This document shows positions 26,354 to 38,343 of a DNA stretch of 64,000 bases, in pieces; positions within the stretch are counted from its first letter, which is position 1, and each line of letters opens with the position of its first letter. The notes under the pieces were generated by a model, which was given only the letters and a program-made list of their open reading frames with translations, searched no databases and had not been told where the DNA came from. Made by a program: the position numbers and the translations under genes. Source of the stretch: Candidatus Limnocylindrales bacterium (lineage in GTDB: Bacteria > Chloroflexota > Limnocylindria > Limnocylindrales > CSP1-4); the NCBI GenBank assembly GCA_036392215.1, contig DASVYJ010000062.1:15361-79360 (forward strand), given 5' to 3'.

Positions 26354-28707
26354 TCCCCCGCGTCGCCCGGGCGACCGTGCTCGGGGCGGGGACCATGGGC
26401 GCCCAGATCGCCTGCCTCCTGGCAGGGGCCGGGGCGCGCGTCCGCCTGCTCGACCTCGACGCCGATGTGGCCCGGCGCGGCCTGGAGCGCGCGGCACGGC
26501 TGCGGCCCTCGCCGTCGTACGTCGCCGCAGACCTGGACCGTATCCGTCCGGGCGGCTTCGACGAGCTCGAGGACGCCGCGGTGGACGCCGACTGGGTGAT
26601 CGAGGCGGTCGTCGAGGAGGCCGGGCCCAAGCAGGCCCTGTTCGAGCGGCTCGAGGCCGCCCTCGCCGGCCGGGCGGCCGCGGACTGGCCGACGCTGACC
26701 AGCAACACGAGCGGCCTCTCGATCGCCGGCCTCGCCGACGGTCGGAGCGGCGCCTTCCGGGCCGCCTTCCTGGGCAGTCACTTCTTCAACCCGCCGCGCT
26801 ACGCCCGGCTGCTCGAGCTCATCCCCCTGCCCGAGACCGATGCCGACCGCCTGGCCCGCCTCGAGGCCTACGCCGGACGCCACCTCGGCAAGGGCACCGT
26901 GAGGGCGAAGGACACCCCCGCCTTCATCGCCAACCGGCTCGGCGTCCACGGCCTGCTGACGGCCCTCGAGCTCGCGACCGAGCTCGGCCTGGGGGTCGAC
27001 GAGGTGGACGAGCTGACCGGATCGCTCGTCGGCCGGCCGAAGTCGGCCACCTTCCGGACCCTCGACCTCGTCGGCCTCGATGTCGCGGTCGCGGTCGCCG
27101 ACCACTGCCACGCGGACCTCGAGGCGGACCCCGAGCGTGAGCGGTTCGCCGTGCCGCCGATCCTGCGGATTCTCCTCGAGCGCGGCGCCCTCGGCGAGAA
27201 GGCCGGCGCGGGCTTCTACCGTCGCGAGGGAGGGGAGGTGCTCGCCCTGGACCTCGCGACGCTCGAGTACCGGCCGCGTCGTCGGCTCGCGGCCCCCTCG
27301 CTCGAGCTGGCGCGACTGGAACGCGATCCCGGCCGACGGCTCGCGGCGCTGGTGGCCGCGGACGACATCGCCGGCCGCTTCCTGTGGCGGGCGCTCTCCG
27401 CGGGCCTCGTCTATGCGGCGACCGTGGCCGGGGAGATCGCCGACGACGCCGAGACGGTGGACCGCGCGATGCGCTGGGGCTTCGGCTGGGAGCGCGGTCC
27501 GTTCGAGGCGTGGGATGCGCTCGGCCCCGCGCGCGTCGTCGCGCGGCTGCGGGACGAGGGCCGTCCCGTCCCGCCGCTCGCCGCGGCCGTGGCCGGCGGC
27601 CCGGGCTGCTTCCACGAGGACGGGCACTCCCTCCGCTTCGCCGACCTCGCGCCGGTCGCCGTCCCGGCCACGCCGGGCGGGCTCGACCTGGACATCCGCC
27701 GCGCCGCCGTCCCGGGCCTGCCCTCGAACGCGGCCGCGAGCCTCGTCGACCTCGGCGGGGGGATCCTCGGCCTCGAGCTCCACGGCAAGCTCAACGTCAT
27801 CGGGACGGACACGATCGCTCTCGGCCGGCGGGCCGTCGAGCGGGCGGCGACGACGTACGACGGCCTCGTCGTCGGCACCCGTGCGGCGGATCTCTCGGTC
27901 GGCGCCAACCTCGCTCTCCTGCTGCTGGAGGCGGAGGAAGGAGAGTGGCGCGAGCTCGACGCGGCGCTCCGCGCGTTCCAGGCACTCGTCCAGGCGATCC
28001 GCTACAGCCCGGTCCCGGTCGTCGTGGCGCCCCGCGGCCGGACCCTGGGCGGTGGCGCCGAGCTCTGCCTCGCAGCGCCCCGGACCCAGCCGCTCGCCGA
28101 GACGTACATCGGCCTCGTCGAGACGGGCGTCGGGCTCATCCCGGCCGGCGGCGGGACGACGGCCCTCGCCCGCCACGTCGCCGCAGCGGCCGGAGCTGGC
28201 CCGGGCGGCGGTCGCGGCCCCGGCGAGCAGGTCGGCGACGCCTTCGGCTTCTTCCAGGCGGCCCTGACGGCCGTGGCGATGGCGCGGGTCGCGACGTCCG
28301 CCGAGGAGGCTCGCGAGCTGGGCTACATCGGCCCCGCCGACCTCGTGACCGCGAACCCCGACCGCCAGTGGGCCGATGCGGCGGAGACCGCCCGCCTCCT
28401 CGCCGAGGCCGGCTACCGCCCGCCGGCGCCGCGGCCGATCGCCGTCCTGGGTCGGCGAGGCCTCGCCGCGGCCGAGGCGCTCACATACAACCAGCTCGCC
28501 GCCCACCAGATGAGCGAGCACGACCGGCGGGTCGTCCTCGCCCTCGCCGGAGTCATGAGCGGCGGGGACGTGGCCGAGGGCACGCCCCTCGGCGAGCAGT
28601 ACCTGCTGGACCTGGAGCGGGAGGCCTTCCTCCGGCTCCTCGGCGAGCCCCTGACCCGGGCCCGCATCCGGCACACCCTCAAGACCGGCAAGCCCCTGCG
28701 CAACTGA
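26350..28707 (+). CDS. fadN: 3-hydroxyacyl-CoA dehydrogenase / enoyl-CoA hydratase family protein (Bacillus FadN-like)
   Basis: N-terminal NAD-binding VLGAGTMGAQIA, then HFFNPPRYARLLELIP and a C-terminal crotonase-like half. About 785 aa from the GTG at 26350. Confidence 0.9.
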   Translation: MIPRVARATVLGAGTMGAQIACLLAGAGARVRLLDLDADVARRGLERAARLRPSPSYVAADLDRIRPGGFDELEDAAVDADWVIEAVVEEAGPKQALFERLEAALAGRAAADWPTLTSNTSGLSIAGLADGRSGAFRAAFLGSHFFNPPRYARLLELIPLPETDADRLARLEAYAGRHLGKGTVRAKDTPAFIANRLGVHGLLTALELATELGLGVDEVDELTGSLVGRPKSATFRTLDLVGLDVAVAVADHCHADLEADPERERFAVPPILRILLERGALGEKAGAGFYRREGGEVLALDLATLEYRPRRRLAAPSLELARLERDPGRRLAALVAADDIAGRFLWRALSAGLVYAATVAGEIADDAETVDRAMRWGFGWERGPFEAWDALGPARVVARLRDEGRPVPPLAAAVAGGPGCFHEDGHSLRFADLAPVAVPATPGGLDLDIRRAAVPGLPSNAAASLVDLGGGILGLELHGKLNVIGTDTIALGRRAVERAATTYDGLVVGTRAADLSVGANLALLLLEAEEGEWRELDAALRAFQALVQAIRYSPVPVVVAPRGRTLGGGAELCLAAPRTQPLAETYIGLVETGVGLIPAGGGTTALARHVAAAAGAGPGGGRGPGEQVGDAFGFFQAALTAVAMARVATSAEEARELGYIGPADLVTANPDRQWADAAETARLLAEAGYRPPAPRPIAVLGRRGLAAAEALTYNQLAAHQMSEHDRRVVLALAGVMSGGDVAEGTPLGEQYLLDLEREAFLRLLGEPLTRARIRHTLKTGKPLRN

Positions 28708-28782
28708 GCGACGGCGGCGAGTCGGCCCGGAACGCAGCGGGACGACGCAGCAGAACAGCACGGAACGGAGAGCAGGCACCAG

Positions 28783-30050
<1,268 letters not shown>

Positions 30051-30054
<4 letters not shown>

Positions 30055-31886
30055 CCCTCGAGACGGAGGCCCGGCCGATGCCGGCCGGCCGCGATCCAGA
30101 GAACGCGGCCAGGGGCGGCGCGTTCCTCGTCGGTGTCACGGACGCGGCGACCGTCCTCACCCCGGAACGGCTGAGTGAGGAGGAGCGGGCGATCCGGGCA
30201 GCCGTGGAGGCGTTCGTCGAGCGGGAGGTCGGGCCCCGCGCCGAGGCGCTCGAGGCCAAGGACTTCGACGCCCACCGTCTCCTCATGCGGCGGCTCGGGG
30301 AGGACGGGTTCCTGGGCGTGGACGTGCCCGAGGCGTACGGCGGGGCGGGACTCGGTCCCGTGGCCGGCGTCATCGTGACCGAGGCGCTGGCGCCGGCCGG
30401 CTCGTTCGCGGTCACCTACGCCGCCCACACGGGGATCGGCACGCTGCCGCTCGTCTTCTTCGGGACCGACGGGCAGCGTGCCCACTGGCTGCCCGGGCTC
30501 GCCTCGGGCGAGCGGATCGCTGCCTACGCCCTTACCGAGCCCTCGACCGGCTCGGACGCGCAGGCCATCCGGACCCGGGCCGTCCGACAGCCGGACGGGT
30601 CGTTCGTCCTCGACGGGACCAAGCAGTTCATCACCAACGCCGGCTTCGCCGACCTCTTCACGGTCTATGCCAAGGTCGACGGCGAGGCCTTCACCGCGTT
30701 CCTCGTCGAGCGGGACGCGCCCGGCCTGACGGTCGGGCCGGAGGAGCAGAAGCTCGGCATGCATGGCACCTCGACGTGCGCGCTGACGTTCGACGGCGTG
30801 CGCGTGCCGGGCGACCACGTCCTTGGCGAGATCGGCCAGGGCCACCGGATCGCCTTCAACGTCCTCAACGTCGGCCGCTTCAAGCTGGCTGCGGCCGCGC
30901 TGGGCGGGATGAAGCCGGCGGTCGGCATCGCCTGCCGCTACGCCAGGGAGCGGGTCGCCTTCGGCCGCCCGATCGTCCGCTTCCCGCTCGTCGCGGCGAA
31001 GCTCGTCGAGATGGCCCGCCGGACCTATGCCGTCGAGTCGATGGTCTACCGCATCGCCGGCCTCATCGAGGCGCGGCTCGCGGCGGTCGCGGGCGCGGCC
31101 GGCGAGGCCGCCGGCGAGACCGGCGGATCGAGCGAGGCCGTCCGCAAGGCCCTCGAGGAGTACGTCGTCGAGTGCTCCATCGCCAAGGTGTTCGCCTCGG
31201 AGGAGTCGGGCCACGTCGTCGACGAGCTCGTCCAGATCCACGGCGGCTACGGCTACATCGAGGACTACCCCGCCGCGCGGGCCTATCGCGACGCCCGGAT
31301 CAACCGGATCTGGGAGGGCACGAACGAGATCAACCGGCTGCTCATCCCGGGCACCCTCGTCAAGCGCGCGGTCCAGGGCCGGCTGGACCTGCTCGGCCCG
31401 GCCCAGCGGGCGCAGGAGGCGCTGCTCGCCGGACCGGCGCTCGACGAGGCGATGGACGAGCGACCGCTGGCCGAGGAGCACCGGCTGGTGGCGGCGCTGC
31501 GGACCGTGACCCTGCTCCTCGCCGGGGCGGCCTTCCAGCGCCATGGCGTCGGGATCCAGGAGGAGCAGGAGATCCTGGCCGGGCTGGCCGACCTCGCCAT
31601 CGCTCTCTTCGCCATGGAGAGCGCCGTCCTCCGGGCGACCGCGCCCGCAGCTGCCGCTGGCGACGCCGAGATCTGCCGGGACCTCGCCCGCCTGGTCGTG
31701 GCGGACACGATCGGGGAGGCAGAGCTCGTCGCGCGGACCCTCGCCGCGTCGCTGGCCGAGGGCGACGAGGCCCGCCTGCTCCAGGCGGGCGTCCGACGGC
31801 TGCTTCGGCCCGAGCCGCTCGACCGGGTCGGCCTCGGCCGCCGCGTCGCCGAGCGGGTCGTGGCCGCGGAGGGCTATCCGCTGTGA
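30051..31886 (+). CDS. fadE: Long-form acyl-CoA dehydrogenase (Bacillus FadE-like, ~610 aa)
   Basis: YALTEPSTGSDA, KQFITNAGFAD, IHGGYGYIEDYPAARAYRDARINRIWEGTNEI. The ATG at 30051 overlaps the thiolase stop (ATGA). Confidence 0.9.
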
Positions 31887-31957
31887 GCACGCGGCCGGCG
31901 CCGTGGCCGCCAGCGGGGGTGCGGGTCGCCTGAGCGGCGCCCCGACGGAGGCAGCGC

Positions 31958-33811
31958 ATGACCGCACGGGCCGTGCCACCCGACTCGCCGCCCGGCTCGT
32001 CAGCCGGCCAGTCGTCCGACCGCGGGCTCGACCCGTACGCCGGCCGGCCCTGGCTGCGCCACTACGAGCCCGGCGTTCCGCCGGAGATTTACGTCCCGGA
32101 GGTCACCGTCGACGGCCTGCTGCGGGACGCGGCGGGCCGCTGGCCGCACCGCGTCGCCCTCACCTTCCACGGCGCGCGGACGTCGTTCCAGGAGCTCGAC
32201 CGGGCCGTCGATCGCGCCGCCCGCGCCCTGCTCGAGCTGGGCCTCCGCCCCGGCGACCGCATCAGCCTGCACCTGCCGACGAGCCCCGCCTTCGTCGTCG
32301 CCTTCCTCGGGGCGCTCCGGGCCGGCCTCGTCGCCGTGCCCATGAACCCGCTCTACGTCGAGCGGGAGCTCGAGCTCGTGCTCGGCGCGACGCAGCCGCG
32401 CGCCTCGGTCACCCTCGACCTCATCGCCGGCCGCGTGGCGAGCGTCCGCGACCGCCTCGGTGCCGTCCTCGGCGAGCCCCTCCGCCTCGACGGCGTCCCC
32501 CTCCGGGTCATCGCCCTCGGCATCCAGGACATGCTACCCCGCCCCATCCGCTGGCTCTACCCGTTCAAGGCGCGCCGCGAGGGCCGCTGGCAGCCGATCG
32601 CCCACTGCCCGGCGACGCCGAACCTCTACCGCCTGCTGACGGCGGCGCCCGCGGGCCCGCCCGTCCCGTCGGCGGCGCGACCCGGCGACCCGGCCGTGCT
32701 CGAGCCGACGGGCGGCACGACCGGCATCCCCAAGGCGGCGGTCCTGACCCATCGCAACCTCGTCGCGAACGCCGTCCAGGTCGCCGCCTGGTTCCCCGCC
32801 GAAGCGCCGCGCGCGGGCAGCCGGGACGCGATCCTGTGCGCCCTGCCGTACTTCCACATCTACGGTCTGACCGTAGCCATGGACTACGCCCTGCTGCGCG
32901 GCCTGACCCAGATCCTCCATCCGCGCTTCGATCGCGACGCGATCCTGCGATCCATCGCTCGCGAGCGGCCCCGCCTCTTCCCCGGCGCACCGGTGATGTA
33001 CGCGGGCCTCCTGGACGACCCGCGTCTCCACGACTACGACCTGAGCTCGATCGAGGCCTGCATCAGCGGCTCGGCCCCGCTCATGGCGCCCGTCCAGGAC
33101 GGCTTCGAGGCGGCGACCGGCGGGCGCGTCGTGGAAGGCTACGGCCTCACGGAGGCGAGCCCCGTGACGCACAGCAACCCCATCCACGGGGAGCGACGGC
33201 TGGGCACCGTGGGGTTGCCGTTCCCCTCGACGGAGGCCCGCATCGTCGACCTCGAGACGGGCACGCGGCCTGTACCCGTCGGCGAGCCCGGCGAGCTCTG
33301 TGTCCGGGGCCCGCAGGTGATGGCCGGCTACTGGCAGCGGCCGGACGAGACGGCCCGGGTCCTGCGCGACGGCTGGCTCTCGACAGGCGACGTGGCGACG
33401 ATGGACGAGGACGGCTTCTTCCGGATCGTCGACCGGCGCAAGGAGCTGATCATCGTCGGCGGCATCAACGTCTACCCCCGCGAGGTCGAGGAGGTCCTGG
33501 TCGCGCACCCCGCGGTCGCCGAGGCCGTCGCGGTCGGTGCCCCCGACCCTCGCCGCGGCGAGGTCGTCTCGGCCTACGTGGTGCCGAAGCTGGGCGCCTC
33601 GACGACGGCGGAGGAGCTCCAGGCCTGGTGCCGCGAGCAGCTCGCCCGCTACAAGGTGCCTGTCTACATCGAGCTGCGCGGCGAGCTGCCCAAGACGATG
33701 GTCGGCAAGGTCCTCCGCCGCGTCCTCGCCGAGGAGCGCCGCGAGCGCCTGGCGGACGCGACGGCCGAGGTCGCAGCCGGGCTGGCGGACGAGACCGCCT
33801 CCCGCTCCTAG
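31958..33811 (+). CDS. fadD: Long-chain fatty-acid--CoA ligase (AMP-binding enzyme)
   Basis: AMP-binding motifs LEPTGGTTGIPKAAVLTH, GYGLTEASP, TGDVATMDEDGFFRIVDRRKELII and LPKTMVGKVLRR. Confidence 0.9.
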   Translation: MTARAVPPDSPPGSSAGQSSDRGLDPYAGRPWLRHYEPGVPPEIYVPEVTVDGLLRDAAGRWPHRVALTFHGARTSFQELDRAVDRAARALLELGLRPGDRISLHLPTSPAFVVAFLGALRAGLVAVPMNPLYVERELELVLGATQPRASVTLDLIAGRVASVRDRLGAVLGEPLRLDGVPLRVIALGIQDMLPRPIRWLYPFKARREGRWQPIAHCPATPNLYRLLTAAPAGPPVPSAARPGDPAVLEPTGGTTGIPKAAVLTHRNLVANAVQVAAWFPAEAPRAGSRDAILCALPYFHIYGLTVAMDYALLRGLTQILHPRFDRDAILRSIARERPRLFPGAPVMYAGLLDDPRLHDYDLSSIEACISGSAPLMAPVQDGFEAATGGRVVEGYGLTEASPVTHSNPIHGERRLGTVGLPFPSTEARIVDLETGTRPVPVGEPGELCVRGPQVMAGYWQRPDETARVLRDGWLSTGDVATMDEDGFFRIVDRRKELIIVGGINVYPREVEEVLVAHPAVAEAVAVGAPDPRRGEVVSAYVVPKLGASTTAEELQAWCREQLARYKVPVYIELRGELPKTMVGKVLRRVLAEERRERLADATAEVAAGLADETASRS

Positions 33812-35478
33812 TCGCCCGCCCCCTCGGCAGGGCGCTCGAGCACGGCGCGGGCGGCGAGGCCGAGCGGGAGGCTGCCGCTCGAGGTGAGCGCGTCGTGGAA
33901 CTCGCGCAGGACGCCGGCCGGCACGTCGGCGGGCGCGACGGCGGCGAGCCCGCGCGCGGCGAGGTAGCGCTCCCGGATGCGGAGGATCTCGAGGCAGCCG
34001 GTGAGGTACGACGAGGCCTGGGTCGGCCACGCGCAGTAGCGACCGACCTCCGCCCGCGCGGTCGGCTCGGGCATCGCCGTCTTCTCGACCATGAAGCGGA
34101 CCGCCGCATCGTGGTCCAGCTCGCCCAGGTGGAGGCTCGTGTCGACGACGATCCGGGCGGCCCGAAAGATCGTCGCCTTGAGCTGGTACAGCTCCTGCAG
34201 CGGATCGGTGAAGAAGCCGCGTTCGCGCATCAGCCGCTCGGCGTAGAGCGCCCAGCCCTCGGTGAAGTACGGCGTCCCGAAGGAGCGCCGGACGTCGCTC
34301 GCGCCGAGCTTGCGCATGACGAGGTGCCAGTGGTGGCCGGGATACGCCTCGTGGACCGCGGTGGTCGGGATGAAGCCGTGGCTGTTGGCGGAGAGGCGCT
34401 CCTGCACCTCGGGCTCGGGCGTGCGGTCGGGCGCGAAGGGCACGAAGAAGTGGCCGACCAGGGTGTCGGCGAAGGACGGCGGAGCCATGTACGAGGCGAC
34501 GCCGAGGATCGGCCGCTGGAAGACGGGCGAGGGCTCGACGAGGCAGCGCTCACCGGGCGGCAGGCTGACCAGGCCGGTCTCGGCGAGGAACGTCCGGGCG
34601 CGCTCGGTCGCCGCCTCGTACGCCTCCCGCATCGCCGCCTCGGTCGGCGGATGGTCGCGGTCCGCCTCACGCAGCACGGCGACCCAGTCCTCGCTGCCGG
34701 CGGCCTCGCGGGCGAGGGACCGCATCTCGCCGTCGAGCCGGTCGTACTCCGCCTGGCCCCGCTCGCGGAGGCTGCGCGCGTCGCCGGCGAGGGCCTCCCG
34801 GTCGCGGAGGAGGCGGCTGTAGCGCTCCTCGCCGAGCTGCCACGTCCCGTGGGCGCGGGCGCGGAACTCGTCCAGGAAGGCGGCCCACGCCTCCGTCGCC
34901 TCAGCGGCCCGCTCCCCGGCCTCGGCGAGGCGGTCGCGGTCCCTGCTCGTCGCCACCTCGGCCGGGAGCAGCTCTCGGAAGTAGCGGACCGCGCCGCGCG
35001 CAGACTGGGCGCCGCGCTCGACGATGAGCGGATGGGCCAGCGCGGGATCGAGGTTCGCCCGGCCCTGCTCGAAGGCGCGGGGCACCTGCTCGAGCCGGGC
35101 GACGGCGGCGTCGACGAGGTCGGGCTCGGGGCGGAGGCGGTGGAGGAAGAGCCCGAAGACGCCGCTCGTGACGACGCCCGAGTACTCCGTCGGGTCGCGC
35201 CGCCACTCCGCCCAGCCCGCCAGGATGCCGCGGCCGCGCAGGACGGAGGTCGCGAGGTCGCGGTCGAGCCGCTCCTCGAAGCCGAGTCGCCCGGGGTCGA
35301 GCGTGTCGAAGCGGGTGAGCCAGAGCGCGTCGTCCGCGTCGCGCTGGAGGAAGGCCTCAGCCGAGAGGTCGTCCAGCCGCTCGTCGTGGTCGGTCAGACC
35401 CAGGCTGCTCGCCCGGACCGGCGAGGCCTCCCACTCGTGCTGCAGGAAGTCGGCCGCCAGCCGCTCGAAGTCGTCCAT
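33808..35478 (-). CDS. DUF885 family protein (second paralog)
   Basis: VHEAYPGHHWHLV motif. ATG at 35476-35478 with GGAGG upstream. Its stop overlaps the fadD stop in a shared CTAG. Confidence 0.85.
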   Translation of the reverse strand: MDDFERLAADFLQHEWEASPVRASSLGLTDHDERLDDLSAEAFLQRDADDALWLTRFDTLDPGRLGFEERLDRDLATSVLRGRGILAGWAEWRRDPTEYSGVVTSGVFGLFLHRLRPEPDLVDAAVARLEQVPRAFEQGRANLDPALAHPLIVERGAQSARGAVRYFRELLPAEVATSRDRDRLAEAGERAAEATEAWAAFLDEFRARAHGTWQLGEERYSRLLRDREALAGDARSLRERGQAEYDRLDGEMRSLAREAAGSEDWVAVLREADRDHPPTEAAMREAYEAATERARTFLAETGLVSLPPGERCLVEPSPVFQRPILGVASYMAPPSFADTLVGHFFVPFAPDRTPEPEVQERLSANSHGFIPTTAVHEAYPGHHWHLVMRKLGASDVRRSFGTPYFTEGWALYAERLMRERGFFTDPLQELYQLKATIFRAARIVVDTSLHLGELDHDAAVRFMVEKTAMPEPTARAEVGRYCAWPTQASSYLTGCLEILRIRERYLAARGLAAVAPADVPAGVLREFHDALTSSGSLPLGLAARAVLERPAEGAGD

Positions 35479-35588
35479 GCGCACCTCCAGCGGCGACTCT
35501 AGCCGAGGCCTGGCAGGCCCGCCGCCGACGCCCCGACCGGACCGAGTCGCCGCTCCCGCCATTCGGCCGCATCGGCTACCGTTCCGGC

Positions 35589-35789
35589 ATGTGCCGCAGC
35601 ATCAAGACGCTCCGCCGCCCCGACGACCCGCCGTCCGACGAGGAGATCCGGGCCGCCGCCCTCCAGTTCGTCCGCAAGCTCAGCGGCTACCGTGTCCCGT
35701 CCCGCCGGAACGAGGCCGTCTTCGAGGTCGCCGTCGACGAGGTGGCCGTCGCGGCCGCCCGCCTGCTGGAGGGCATCGGCGCCCGGTAG
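35589..35789 (+). CDS. DUF2277 domain-containing small protein
   Basis: MCRSIKTLRRPDDPPSDEEIRAAALQFVRKLSGYRVPSRRNEAVFEVAV matches the characteristic DUF2277 N-terminus. Confidence 0.75.
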   Translation: MCRSIKTLRRPDDPPSDEEIRAAALQFVRKLSGYRVPSRRNEAVFEVAVDEVAVAAARLLEGIGAR

Positions 35790-35799
35790 GGCGACGCGC

Positions 35800-36318
35800 C
35801 TATCCGGCCGGCCGGTCGCGCCCGGCGGCGCGGAGACGGCCGACCGTCGCGCCGGTCAGGCGGGCGAGGTCGGCCGGCGCCAGCTCCACGTCGAGACCGC
35901 GCCGGCCGCCGCTGACGAGGATCGTGGCGTGGTCGAGGGCCGACTCGTCGAGTGCGGTCCGGAGCCGGCGCCGCTGTCCCAGCGGGCTGATCCCGCCGGC
36001 GACGTAGCCCGTGGCGCGTTCGGCGTCCGCGGGGCGCGCCATCGTCGCCCGCCGTCCGGCGAGCAGCGCCGCGAGCGCCTTCAGGTCGAGCTCGCCGGCG
36101 ACGGGCACGATCGCCGCGGCCAGCTGTCCGTCCACCTCGGCGACGAGCGTCTTGAAGATGCGCTCCGGCGCGACCCCGAGCGCGGCCGCTGCCTCGAGGC
36201 CGTAGCCCGGCCCGTCGCCGCGGCCGTGCCGGTCCGCGTCGTGCTCATACTCCCGAACGGCGAACGGCACCCCGGCTCTCGCCAGCTCGTCGATCGCCCG
36301 CGTCCCTCGCCCGCCCAC
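35800..36318 (-). CDS. ybaK: YbaK/EbsC-type Cys-tRNA(Pro)/aminoacyl-tRNA deacylase
   Basis: IFKTLVAEVDGQLAAAIVPVAGELDLKALA...TGYVAGGISPLGQRR. The start is tentatively the GTG at 36316-36318. Confidence 0.75.
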   Translation of the reverse strand: MGGRGTRAIDELARAGVPFAVREYEHDADRHGRGDGPGYGLEAAAALGVAPERIFKTLVAEVDGQLAAAIVPVAGELDLKALAALLAGRRATMARPADAERATGYVAGGISPLGQRRRLRTALDESALDHATILVSGGRRGLDVELAPADLARLTGATVGRLRAAGRDRPAG

Positions 36319-36456
36319 CCGGCGACGATACGCGGCGGCGGGCCGAAGCTCAACGCGGACGGGCCGTTCGGCCGGTGCGGGAGGCGGGGTGCCCTGTGCT
36401 AGCCTCGGGACCAGCCGCGGCACGCGAGCCTCGCCGCGGCCCGCGAGGTGCACGAG

Positions 36457-36759
36457 ATGCCGAACATCGGCCCCGCCGAGCTGATCCTCATCCTCGTCGT
36501 CCTGCTGCTCGTCGTCGGGCCGGGCAAGCTGCCCGACGTCGGCGCGGCGCTCGGCAAGACCATCCGCGAGTTCCGCAAGGCCAGCAGCGAGGTCCAGGAA
36601 TCCATCAGGGTCGACCAGCCGGCCGCTGCGGCCCAGCCGGCGGCCGCCCCCGCGGCGTCGGCCACCCCCGCCCCGAACACGCTCGGCGAGATGGGCCAGC
36701 CGAACACGGTCGCCACGCCGCCGACGAACGCGGGCCAGGGGAGCCAGCCCTCGGCCTGA
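36457..36759 (+). CDS. tatA: Twin-arginine translocase TatA/TatE family subunit
   Basis: MPNIGPAELILILVVLLLVVGPGKLPDVGAALGKTIREFRKA followed by a low-complexity tail. An alternative GTG lies at 36448. Confidence 0.85.
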   Translation: MPNIGPAELILILVVLLLVVGPGKLPDVGAALGKTIREFRKASSEVQESIRVDQPAAAAQPAAAPAASATPAPNTLGEMGQPNTVATPPTNAGQGSQPSA

Positions 36760-36993
36760 CGTTCGACCAGCGCACGGCCTGGGCCGAACAGGGACCTGCG
36801 GCCCCCGGCCGGCCGTGATGGTGCGGGCCGGATCGCCCGTCCCCGAGGTCCCTTCGAGGGCCGCCTGGCCTCTCCCGCCGCCGCCGGACGGGGGCTACGA
36901 TTGGCGGCGTCTCCCGTCCCGCAGCGGGCGAGCGACGGCGCGTCCCCGGCGCGCCCCACCCTCCCCCGAGCGCAGTCAGCAGCGAAGAGTGTC

Positions 36994-38193
36994 ATGAGCA
37001 ACGCACGTCGGATCGGCATCCTCACCGGTGGCGGCGACGTCCCCGGCCTGAACTCCGTCATCAAGAGCGTCGTCTACCGGGCGACCGAGCAGGGCCACGA
37101 GGTCTACGGCATCCGCCGCGGCTGGGAGGGCCTGACCCACATGCGGCCGGGCTCCGAGCTCGACGGCGACTACGTCCGCCGGCTCGACCGGCTGAACACC
37201 CGGACCATCGACCGGACCGGCGGGACGTGGCTGCACACGTCGCGGACAAACCCCCGCAAGATGCGGGGCGGCAAGCTGCCCGGCCACCTCGATCGCGCCC
37301 GGGCGGCTTCGATGCAGGTCGGCGAGGACCTCTACGACCTCACGCCCGTCGTCCTCGAGAACATCGAGCGGCTCGGTCTGGACTACCTCATCCCGATCGG
37401 CGGCGACGACACGCAGAGCTACTCGCAGACCTTGACCGACCACGGGATCAAGCTCATCGCCATCCCCAAGACGATGGACAACGACGTCCCGGGGACGGAG
37501 TACTGCATCGGCTTCTCGACGGCGCTGACCCGGGCGAAGGACGCGATCAATCGCCAGCGGACCACCCTCGGCTCCCACGAGCGGATCGGCATCTTCCGCA
37601 TCTTCGGCCGCGACTCGGGCTTCACCGCCCTCTACACCGCCTACGTCACGAGCGGTCGGTGTCTCATCCCGGAGGCGCCCTTCGACCTCGAGCGGCTCAT
37701 CGCTCAGCTCGTCGAGGACAAGCGCAACAACCCCAGCCGCTACGCCTTCGTCATCGCCGCCGAGGGCGCGATGTGGCAGGGCGGCGAGATCGCCGAGTAC
37801 GGCCCGGCGGACGCCTTCGGCCATCGCCACAAGGCGAACATCGCCGAGGTCCTGGCCGCCGAGATCCAGGGCCGGACGGGCGAGGAGACGGCGGCCTCCG
37901 AGCTGACCTACGACATCCGCTCGGGCGAGCCCGACGCGATCGACCAGATGGTCGGCATCACCTTCGCCAATGTGGCCATGGACCTCCTGGACGACGGCCT
38001 CAGCGGCCGGATGGTCGCCATCCGCGGCGGCAAGTACACGCACTCGCCGCTGCCGGGCCCGAACGACCACGCCCGCAAGATCGACGTGCCGACCATGTAC
38101 AACGTGGAGCGCTTCCGGCCGGTGTACAGCGGCCGGATGGGCTGGCCGCTCCTGCTCGGCGAGCCGGTCCCCGAGGAGGTCGCTGTCGGCTGA
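36994..38193 (+). CDS. pfp: 6-phosphofructokinase, predicted pyrophosphate-dependent
   Basis: IGILTGGGDVPGLN; PIGGDDTQ (Asp where ATP-PFKs have Gly); IPKTMDNDV (Lys where ATP-PFKs have Gly). ATG at 36994. Confidence 0.85.
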   Translation: MSNARRIGILTGGGDVPGLNSVIKSVVYRATEQGHEVYGIRRGWEGLTHMRPGSELDGDYVRRLDRLNTRTIDRTGGTWLHTSRTNPRKMRGGKLPGHLDRARAASMQVGEDLYDLTPVVLENIERLGLDYLIPIGGDDTQSYSQTLTDHGIKLIAIPKTMDNDVPGTEYCIGFSTALTRAKDAINRQRTTLGSHERIGIFRIFGRDSGFTALYTAYVTSGRCLIPEAPFDLERLIAQLVEDKRNNPSRYAFVIAAEGAMWQGGEIAEYGPADAFGHRHKANIAEVLAAEIQGRTGEETAASELTYDIRSGEPDAIDQMVGITFANVAMDLLDDGLSGRMVAIRGGKYTHSPLPGPNDHARKIDVPTMYNVERFRPVYSGRMGWPLLLGEPVPEEVAVG

Positions 38194-38343
38194 GGCCCGC
38201 CCGCTTCGCCGCGCGACCCACGAGGCCCCGCCGCTCGGCGGGGTCTCGTCGCGTCCCGCCCGCGGCGCAGCCGGCCGGACCGGTCGTCGCAACCCGATCC
38301 CGGCGCGAGCCTCGCGGGTCGTCCGCGGCGCTAGTCTGCGCCC

